From a virus (lineage: Duplodnaviria > Caudoviricetes), in the IMG/VR virus record IMGVR_UViG_3300006737_000032, positions 1-62,439 of that record: a stretch of 62,439 nucleotides of DNA. One strand, 5' to 3'. A program made the translations under genes and the position numbers. Every line of letters begins with the position of its first letter. The stretch's first letter is position 1. The notes beneath the pieces were generated by a model, which ran no database searches, had not been told where the DNA came from, and was given only the letters and a program-made list of their open reading frames with translations. Shown one piece after another: positions 56,286 to 62,439 of the stretch.

Positions 56286-57218
56286 TCAGAAAATCTCGTT
56301 GAGCATTTCTACAACATTCTCAGCCCCGTACACTGCAGCAAGTTCTCTAAAGGCTTTGGTATCATTCTCTATCAAAGATGGAATGTCATCATATGCATAT
56401 TCGTAGTTCATAGGATTGCCCGAATAAGCGTTCATGTCATATCGAATCTCATTAAGACGAGCAAGGGTTTCCGTTGGTTGCCCCACATATGCTAAGAAGT
56501 CTGCAGCATCCATCCCAAGTCTATTTCCTGCTTCAGAAAGCGCTTCATAGTTTTTGGTAAAATCCTCTGAGCCTTGATTCATACTCAACCGTTTTCGGTA
56601 CTTGTCCATTATCGCCACATTTCCAGGATTGTTATGTACGTCAGTAGCATGAGTCATTTCATGTACGTACGTAGACATAGGTCTCATGGGGTCTATTTGA
56701 ACCTCCACATTCATTCTTTCTTGTTGTGGTCGCATACCCATAGTAAATGGATTTCGCTGAGACCCCTTGCCAGATCTTACAGGGCCAGCACTTCTTGTTA
56801 CCCTCCCTCCTGTAAATGGATCTTTATCTTCAAAATTCATATTCCCCATAGAACCCATAAAGTCACCGTAGTGGTCGGACAAGACATTTGCAAGACCCTC
56901 ATACGTAACCATTTCATCAGTTCTGTTGGGGTACATTCTAGAAAGAATATTATATGCCTCTGTTCTTGTAGCAGGTTCAGGAGGTCCATCACCCTGTGTA
57001 AAGGCAAGATTCTGAGCAATCTTAGATCTTACTTCAGGTTGAGCATAGAAGTCACCTAAGAAGTCCATAGCATAATTGCTTTTATTTCCAATCATTCTGC
57101 GATCAAGGTCCTTAATCAAATCTTCGTTTGATTTTTTCTTAGGGTCACCATGCGGTCCACCGTGCTCGTAGCTCTTGATGAGTCTTCTGCCAGCAGGTTT
57201 TTTTCGTCTGGGGTTCAT
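56286..57218 (-). CDS. zincin-like metallopeptidase, possible virion cargo
   Basis: HEMTH (HExxH) and downstream PTETLARL. Confidence 0.65.
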   Translation of the reverse strand: MNPRRKKPAGRRLIKSYEHGGPHGDPKKKSNEDLIKDLDRRMIGNKSNYAMDFLGDFYAQPEVRSKIAQNLAFTQGDGPPEPATRTEAYNILSRMYPNRTDEMVTYEGLANVLSDHYGDFMGSMGNMNFEDKDPFTGGRVTRSAGPVRSGKGSQRNPFTMGMRPQQERMNVEVQIDPMRPMSTYVHEMTHATDVHNNPGNVAIMDKYRKRLSMNQGSEDFTKNYEALSEAGNRLGMDAADFLAYVGQPTETLARLNEIRYDMNAYSGNPMNYEYAYDDIPSLIENDTKAFRELAAVYGAENVVEMLNEIF

Positions 57219-57919
57219 CTTCCAATTCTGTTTTGGGTTCTGTAGTACTGAAGCTCTTCTTCTTCTACAGGTCGCACTCTCTTTCTATTCCCATCTTTAA
57301 TAAGGTAATAGTTTGGCTCTTGTCCAGTCCGCATGCGTGGGTTGGCCGACATTATGAGTTCCTTCTGAACTTGAGGTATGTCCATTGGAACAGACTCCTG
57401 AAGCTCTCTGGCAGGCAACTCCTGACGACCAGCCTTCAATGGCTTCATGGGCTTTAGTGGTTCGGGGCCTGAAGCAGCGAATAGCGGTAGGGCTGGAGAA
57501 TGACCCACAGCAGGTGCAAAATAACTTGACCCTTGAGCAACACCTGGGACTTGTACAAGCTGAAATGCAAACGTATCAGACGCATCGCCCTCTTTGTTAT
57601 ATAGCGGGTCTGCCGCTTTGTTGATTTTGATCTTCCCTTGACGCTGTAGGTCTTCTGAAACACCTATGATCTCATCATAGAGGTTTCGAATCTTATTGTT
57701 CCGAGCATCAAACTCTTCTCTTGTAAGACCACTTTGTCGAAAGATCTTAGGACCCTGCATTTTGTCAATGTCGGACCCAGCTTCATGGTAGTCCGCCATA
57801 AACTGCTTGCGCGTATCCATGTCATAGTACTGTTGATTGTAACCAGACTCTTCTAAGAGCTGGTTGTATTGGTCAATCAGAGCCTGTAGTTCTGGGGGTA
57901 GTGATCGGACTGCCTGCAT
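57215..57919 (-). CDS. hypothetical protein
   Basis: 234-aa first gene of the - strand block. Confidence 0.65.
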   Translation of the reverse strand: MQAVRSLPPELQALIDQYNQLLEESGYNQQYYDMDTRKQFMADYHEAGSDIDKMQGPKIFRQSGLTREEFDARNNKIRNLYDEIIGVSEDLQRQGKIKINKAADPLYNKEGDASDTFAFQLVQVPGVAQGSSYFAPAVGHSPALPLFAASGPEPLKPMKPLKAGRQELPARELQESVPMDIPQVQKELIMSANPRMRTGQEPNYYLIKDGNRKRVRPVEEEELQYYRTQNRIGR

Positions 57920-57924
57920 AGGTA

Positions 57925-57932
57925 CAAATATA
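57925..57932 (-). promoter_or_regulatory. Bacteroidota -7 promoter element TATATTTG
   Basis: TAnnTTTG 5 nt before ATG 57919. Confidence 0.6.
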
Positions 57933-58572
57933 GCACAGCAAGCCTTGCGTCTAAATCAATAACTGATTCCACGTACCAACAAAAAACACTCTGAACAGCT
58001 GTATATGCTTATGAGCGTTTGCTACCACCTTATCAGCTATGCGAAGGTATAAATTTTTTTTTCAAAAGTCAAGATTGAAGTAACTCTTGAGGCAACAGGC
58101 TGTAAGTTATTGATTAGGCTGTTGTTAAACGCTTGCGTGCGGAAACTATGCGCGAACGATACTGGCAAAATCTGATCAGAAACACGTGGTTTGGGGATTA
58201 TATACATTTGTACACGTCCGTCACGTCTGCCCGAACGCGACCCTTGACCCCACCCCCCTTAACATCTTCGATGTTACTGCAAAACTTTCTGACTTTTTAC
58301 CTTCGGTAACCATCGGTTTCAAAAATCGTCAGGATTCTATAGCAATTCCAAGCAGGGGGACAAAACCCCACACGTTACAGCACGCAGTCCGAAGGACCAC
58401 GCATGGTAACGCACAGGGTTTGCTGTTGACAATTCAAATACCAACACAAAAATCTCACCTCGCCTCGCATGATGCCCACGTCATGCCTGCACATGAGGCC
58501 GCTTCTTTACCTGTTTCCACGCGGACTACTACGTAGTCTTCAGGCGGGAGAAATCGCGCAGGAAGAAGGGGC

Positions 58573-58604
58573 TTGGATTTTGCCGAAAGTTGACCATACC
58601 TTTG
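58573..58604 (+). promoter_or_regulatory. early promoter, Bacteroidota -33/-7 type
   Basis: TTG (58573) - 21 nt - TACCTTTG (58597-58604), upstream of the first early ORF. Confidence 0.7.
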
Positions 58605-58644
58605 CAGCGGCAATCTTGCCAACTCAAACTTCAATTCATCTCCG

Positions 58645-58836
58645 ATGAAATCAATCAACACTCAGACTCTGAAAGAGTCTTACAAGCAGTCAGTTACACT
58701 GACTGAAGCCCGTATTCAAGCTTTGCTTGAGCTGTTTTGGACTGCTGACATAGAGAGCCTTTGGCTCTGTCTTGAGTTCTGTGAACTCAGTACCGAAGAG
58801 CAAGCTGTCATCGTAGATGAAATCGAAAACCACTAA
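58645..58836 (+). CDS. early hypothetical protein
   Basis: 63 aa, preceded by the TCAAACTTCAA leader. Confidence 0.65.
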   Translation: MKSINTQTLKESYKQSVTLTEARIQALLELFWTADIESLWLCLEFCELSTEEQAVIVDEIENH

Positions 58837-59383
58837 TTCATCGAAGATGAAGTACTCAGCAACAGCTGCAGCTAAAGCTGCAAACCAAGCCATCAACCAT
58901 CCATCCATGGTTCGTAAGAACCATGCCATCAAGCTTCTGAAAGAAGCTCTGAAGGTCATTGAGAACCTCGAAGAGGTTCCAATGGAATCTTGGGACTATC
59001 CATCAGAACCTCTTCCAGAGGTACTGAACATCAGTCATCTTATGACTGAATGGGACTTCATGTTCACCGAAGGTGAAACGATGTCTTTGACTTGTCCGAA
59101 GGACAAGATTGAACTGCCGAAGGCAGTATTCGACGAAGTCGATGAATGGCTTGAACTTCTACTTGACTTCGAAAATCTTGCAGATTTCGAAACCGACGAA
59201 GATGGCACTATCTACTTCGTAGATTGTGATGAAGCCTCCAATACTGATGTTTACATCAGTAAGATTCAAGCTTTGCTTGAGCCCTTTGGAATGAAATTCC
59301 AATGCACATTCCTCGAAGAGGAATATGAGAAAGCCAATGCTCTTCCCTTGGAAGAGAAACTCCGACGATTCGAACTCTGCTAA
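58817..59383 (+). CDS. acidic early hypothetical protein
   Basis: 188-aa ORF (start may be 58847), Glu/Asp-rich. Confidence 0.65.
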   Translation: MKSKTTNSSKMKYSATAAAKAANQAINHPSMVRKNHAIKLLKEALKVIENLEEVPMESWDYPSEPLPEVLNISHLMTEWDFMFTEGETMSLTCPKDKIELPKAVFDEVDEWLELLLDFENLADFETDEDGTIYFVDCDEASNTDVYISKIQALLEPFGMKFQCTFLEEEYEKANALPLEEKLRRFELC

Positions 59384-59406
59384 AGCAGAGAGATTGCCGA
59401 CCAACT

Positions 59407-59459
59407 GAGGGGACTCTCAGACACTCTGAGTCTTACGAAGAGTGTCAGAGAGGACCCTC
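59407..59459 (+). other. tandem-GA hairpin A
   Basis: GAGGG-GA-CTCTC-A-GACACTCT-GA-GTCTTAC-GA-AGAGTGTC-A-GAGAG-GA-CCCTC. Confidence 0.75.
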
Positions 59460-59498
59460 CCAAACCATTCAAACTTCAATTTTCAAATTTCATTTCCA

Positions 59499-60128
59499 AT
59501 GAAAAAGTCAACCAACAGAGTCGAACTGCTGAAAGCAGTTTCAGTTTCAGTCAATGAGTTCTACTTCTCACCGTCAACGGTGAGAAAGGGTCAAGCAAGA
59601 CAAGCCATCAAAGAACTCTCTGAGTTCGTTGAAGCCATCGAGTTGCCGAAGGCAACCAAGTCAAAGACATCTGACAAGCAGTCCCAAGGGACTGATGAGA
59701 TGATGGAGTTGTTCAAGCAGTTCCTCATGTCACAGGGTATGATGCCCGATGCACCGAAGGTGACCAAGACCAAGCCGAAGGCTAAGGCCAAGCCGAAGCG
59801 TCGTCGTAAGACGACCATCAAGAAAGCTACTCCACAGCAACGAGTTGCTGACAGACAAGAGAAAGCCTTTCATGGAAAGGCTGACAGCCCAGTCAAGCCT
59901 TGTTCCAAGGCTAAGACAGCTTCGGTAGAAGCTGCTCGGCAGTCAGTTCAACAGCTTGGCGAAGCCAACGGCAGTGATGAGAGAATCCGTCAACGAGCTT
60001 TAGCTCGTAAGGCTGAAGTCCTCAAAGCTTTCCAAGCGAAGCTTGATGCAGAGTTCCCCTTGGATGGAACATCCAATGAGGTTTCATTCTCTGACTTGTC
60101 ACTCCGTGAACTCCGTGACATGATGTGA
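59499..60128 (+). CDS. basic early hypothetical protein
   Basis: Start MKKSTN after the leader motif; Lys-rich centre. Confidence 0.7.
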   Translation: MKKSTNRVELLKAVSVSVNEFYFSPSTVRKGQARQAIKELSEFVEAIELPKATKSKTSDKQSQGTDEMMELFKQFLMSQGMMPDAPKVTKTKPKAKAKPKRRRKTTIKKATPQQRVADRQEKAFHGKADSPVKPCSKAKTASVEAARQSVQQLGEANGSDERIRQRALARKAEVLKAFQAKLDAEFPLDGTSNEVSFSDLSLRELRDMM

Positions 60129-60140
60129 TATCATATGACA

Positions 60141-60196
60141 GGCACACTGACGAGGCTTCAATAGCCGAAACACCCCCTTCGGGGGGTGTCTGTGTC
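60141..60196 (+). ncRNA. type I hammerhead ribozyme (HHR1)
   Basis: Stem I GGCACA/TGTGTC, core CTGACGA, stem II GGCT-TCAAT-AGCC, GAAA, stem III CACCCCC-TTCG-GGGGGTG, GTC site; cleavage after 60190. Confidence 0.92.
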
Positions 60197-60217
60197 AAAC
60201 TTCAAACTTCATCTACG

Positions 60218-60322
60218 ATGGACATTATTCTCTACGGCATGCTCATGCCAATCGCAGGTATCATACTCATCATGATATGGGTCGATGCCAACCACAACCA
60301 AAACGACAACATTGGGGGGTGA
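60218..60322 (+). CDS. 34-aa single-TM peptide
   Basis: MDIILYGMLMPIAGIILIMIWVDANH..; follows the leader motif. Confidence 0.6.
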   Translation: MDIILYGMLMPIAGIILIMIWVDANHNQNDNIGG

Positions 60323-60372
60323 GTATATACACTCTATGAGTTCTTACGAATAGAGTGATATACGAACCACCC
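60315..60372 (+). other. tandem-GA hairpin B
   Basis: GGT-GA-GTATAT-A-CACTCTAT-GA-GTTCTTAC-GA-ATAGAGTG-ATATAC-GA-ACC. Confidence 0.75.
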
Positions 60373-60395
60373 ATAAACCTTCAAACTTCAACACC

Positions 60396-60761
60396 ATGGC
60401 CTCAACACAATCATTGTATCACCTCATCCAAAGCGGTGAGGGGTTCAGCGTCAAGACAGACGGAATGACATATAACGGACTTGGCTACGCTGTCGGCGGA
60501 GCCGCTGACTGCAAGCTGTTCAAATGTGCCAATGAATCGCTGTCATTCATTGCATTTGAACAAGAGTTCAAAAAAATCCAAGCGTCATCACATGGTGACC
60601 CGTTCCAAGTGATAGGTGGATGGGTCGATGACCAAGGGTTCTTCTATCTCGAACTTTCTGACGTAGTCAGGTCACACTATGTGGCAATGGAACTTGCTAA
60701 GGCAAGAAACGAAAAAGCCATCTACGACTTCAACAACGCAAGCTCAATCGAGGTACACTGA
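60396..60761 (+). CDS. conserved phage early protein
   Basis: GFS..GYAVG..IGGWVD..YLELS..A...NEKAIYD; stop codon lies inside the HHR2 core. Confidence 0.75.
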   Translation: MASTQSLYHLIQSGEGFSVKTDGMTYNGLGYAVGGAADCKLFKCANESLSFIAFEQEFKKIQASSHGDPFQVIGGWVDDQGFFYLELSDVVRSHYVAMELAKARNEKAIYDFNNASSIEVH

Positions 60762-60803
60762 CGAGTCCTGAGTGGACGAAACACCCTTCGGGGTGTCTGT
60801 ATC
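60752..60803 (+). ncRNA. type I hammerhead ribozyme (HHR2)
   Basis: Stem I GGTACA/TGTATC, core CTGACGA, stem II GTCC-TGAGT-GGAC, GAAA, stem III CACCC-TTCG-GGGTG, GTC site; cleavage after 60797. Confidence 0.92.
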
Positions 60804-60822
60804 AAACTTCAAATCATCTACG

Positions 60823-61425
60823 ATGAATCCAAAAACATTTGACAAGATGATGTCAAAGATGCGTAGCAACGTATCACATTGGCATGACATGGCAACGGAT
60901 GATGTCATACAAGATGGTGTGGCATGGTACGACGAAGCCAAGGGCTTTGCTCTGATGCTGTCCAATGAATTCGACATATCACCACTCCGTGCAGGGGGAG
61001 TCATCTCGGCTCTCTCTCCGAGAAACAGATGGGAACGAAACAAGATTGATGCTTGGAACGTCTTTCAAGCTGTACATGATGACGTATCACACGATCGTGT
61101 GAAGGTCAGCACCTTCAATTCCAACAAGGTCAAGGCATTCAACATTGCAAAGGGACTGATTCAAGTCCACGAAGCAAGCCGAAAGACTCACCGATTCGCT
61201 TTGAATGTGGGTGCATTTGATATGAATGCTGTCACGATTGATACATGGATGGTGTACAGCTTTCAGACCAAGTCGAAGACTCGGAAGAACTTGGACAACC
61301 AGATTACACCGAAGCAATACGACCTATTGGAACGCAAGTTCCAACGCATCTCATATGACATGGGGTATGCCCCTGCACATTTGCAAGCTGTGGTATGGTT
61401 GGTCATCAGAGAACTATGGACATGA
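60823..61425 (+). CDS. phage protein, possibly HhH-GPD/DNA-glycosylase-like fold
   Basis: G.AWY..A, GVISALSPRNRWERN, KT..F..N, VTIDTWM, LQAVVW; fold assignment tentative. Confidence 0.6.
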   Translation: MNPKTFDKMMSKMRSNVSHWHDMATDDVIQDGVAWYDEAKGFALMLSNEFDISPLRAGGVISALSPRNRWERNKIDAWNVFQAVHDDVSHDRVKVSTFNSNKVKAFNIAKGLIQVHEASRKTHRFALNVGAFDMNAVTIDTWMVYSFQTKSKTRKNLDNQITPKQYDLLERKFQRISYDMGYAPAHLQAVVWLVIRELWT

Positions 61426-61574
61426 CAAAGAAAATACAATTCATCATCCCTAACGGAAGAAAGTTTGTTGTTGTTAAAACATTCAAAGACAAAAACCACT
61501 ACGACAACTACGTATCATATATGCGTAGAGAAAACCGCTTCATCTTTGATGAGGTGTGGAACGTAACTAACTGA
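61422..61574 (+). CDS. small hypothetical protein (50 aa)
   Basis: Read by hand: MTKKIQFIIPNGRKF..; ATGA overlap. Confidence 0.6.
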   Translation: MTKKIQFIIPNGRKFVVVKTFKDKNHYDNYVSYMRRENRFIFDEVWNVTN

Positions 61575-61599
61575 AACACAAACACATAATACATATTAC

Positions 61600-61752
61600 A
61601 TGAAGAATCGAGTTAACTATGCGTTCCTTGCCTTCCTCGCATGGATGGCGGCACTGATGGTCGTAGTCGTTTTGCAAGGCTGTACGACATATGATGCACA
61701 TACGCAGTACATCAAACCTGTTGGCAACACCGAATGTGCCGCTTACAACTAA
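61600..61752 (+). CDS. small lipoprotein (50 aa)
   Basis: Read by hand: MKNRVNYAFLAFLAWMAALMVVVVLQGC, lipobox LQGC. Confidence 0.6.
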   Translation: MKNRVNYAFLAFLAWMAALMVVVVLQGCTTYDAHTQYIKPVGNTECAAYN

Positions 61753-61754
61753 TG

Positions 61755-61815
61755 TAGTGTGAGTGTGTATCACCTTCTTAAACGAAGTGTAGAAGTGATA
61801 CACACGAACACACTA
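61755..61815 (+). other. tandem-GA hairpin C
   Basis: GTGT-GA-GTGTGTATCA-C-CTTCT..AGAAG-TGATACACAC-GA-ACAC. Confidence 0.7.
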
Positions 61816-61836
61816 AACCACTCAAACTTCAACCCC

Positions 61837-62151
61837 ATGAAATTCAAACTAGACTTCAAGACCACGCTACCACACGTAGCTATGACCACGGCATACGACA
61901 TTGACATAGACCGAGCCACGGGCGTAGAGATGGACACCACCGTAGAGATTGACCCCAACCACGGAACAGGTGGGTGGTACGAAACCTACGACCTTGACAC
62001 GGGAGGTGACCGCTTCTATGCAGGAGGAATCCTCGAAGTGTATTGGGATGACAACGGAGATGTACGCCTCACGGGGTACGATGGATGCTTCGAACTCCCT
62101 GAATTTATCACCGATGCTCTTGAAAAGAAGGGCGTAATCATTGACCTATGA
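61837..62151 (+). CDS. acidic early hypothetical protein
   Basis: Start MKFKLDF after the leader motif; GYDGCFELP motif. Confidence 0.7.
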   Translation: MKFKLDFKTTLPHVAMTTAYDIDIDRATGVEMDTTVEIDPNHGTGGWYETYDLDTGGDRFYAGGILEVYWDDNGDVRLTGYDGCFELPEFITDALEKKGVIIDL

Positions 62152-62342
62152 GCGATTACAAAAATCACGACACCTGCCACAAGTGCGGAGGCACTGGCAT
62201 CTTCCTCGAATCCCAAGAGGTTGGCTACGGCCAACACGGAACATCCATGTGGCTCTACGACTACGAATGCGAGGACTGCCAAGCAACGTGGGACATAAGC
62301 CTTGAACTCACCCCTGTATCACGAGAAAACCACGAATCATGA
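62148..62342 (+). CDS. small zinc-ribbon protein
   Basis: CHKCGG and CEDC. Confidence 0.65.
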   Translation: MSDYKNHDTCHKCGGTGIFLESQEVGYGQHGTSMWLYDYECEDCQATWDISLELTPVSRENHES

Positions 62343-62439
62343 CACAAGAACAATGCGAACGTGCAGTCAAGGCACTGAAAGAATCAGGCTTCTCTGCCTC
62401 CCATGTAATGGGTGAGCCTGACGACCACGGAGTGTGGTT
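62339..62439 (+). CDS. 3'-truncated hypothetical protein
   Basis: MTQEQCERAVKALKESGF.. runs off the contig end. Confidence 0.5.
   Translation, partial: MTQEQCERAVKALKESGFSASHVMGEPDDHGVW

Noticed and set aside
59685-59700. Third hammerhead at CTGATGAG
   Set aside because: No stem II or GAAA follows; it is coding sequence.
60171-60188. Intrinsic terminator at the CACCCCC-TTCG-GGGGGTG hairpin
   Set aside because: No U-tract follows; it is stem III of the hammerhead.
59407-61832. CRISPR array or attC integron cassettes
   Set aside because: Spacing is gene-sized and irregular, repeats are not identical, there is no cas or integrase gene, and no GTTRRRY ends are apparent.
1-62439. Exact circular closure of the contig
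   Set aside because: No terminal repeat seen, and the last partial ORF does not join in frame with the first partial ORF.

Overview
Near-complete genome of a tailed dsDNA phage with a podovirus-like gene set, most likely infecting a Bacteroidota (Flavobacteriia-like) host. The host call rests on repeated TAnnTTTG promoters, a T9SS sorting domain and a VirE-N/BT4734-like primase. The + strand (58.6 kb to the end, then 1 to 9.1 kb) carries early and replication genes: ssDNA-annealing protein, PD-(D/E)XK exonuclease, primase-helicase and endonuclease I. The - strand (57.9 to 9.1 kb) carries an M15 endolysin, a GroES-like protein, two tRNA-type genes, terminase, portal, scaffold, major capsid, tail and putative ejected proteins, a holin, small basic proteins and a host-envelope cassette. 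Both contig ends fall inside + strand ORFs, so some early sequence is probably missing. I saw no DNA polymerase, integrase, RT or CRISPR array. The main finding is an RNA-processing system in the early region. It has two complete type I hammerhead ribozymes (60141-60196 and 60752-60803) that would excise a 607-nt two-ORF RNA able to re-form a chimeric hammerhead. These are interleaved with three covarying tandem-GA hairpins, and every module is followed by the same TCAAACTTCAA leader. Other notable items are a topologically rewired tRNA-Ile(UAU)-like gene, an apparently split tail nozzle gene interrupted by three dockerin-like paralogues, and a phage-encoded T9SS substrate plus outer-membrane barrel cassette. 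All protein family calls are by-eye motif recognition, not database searches.
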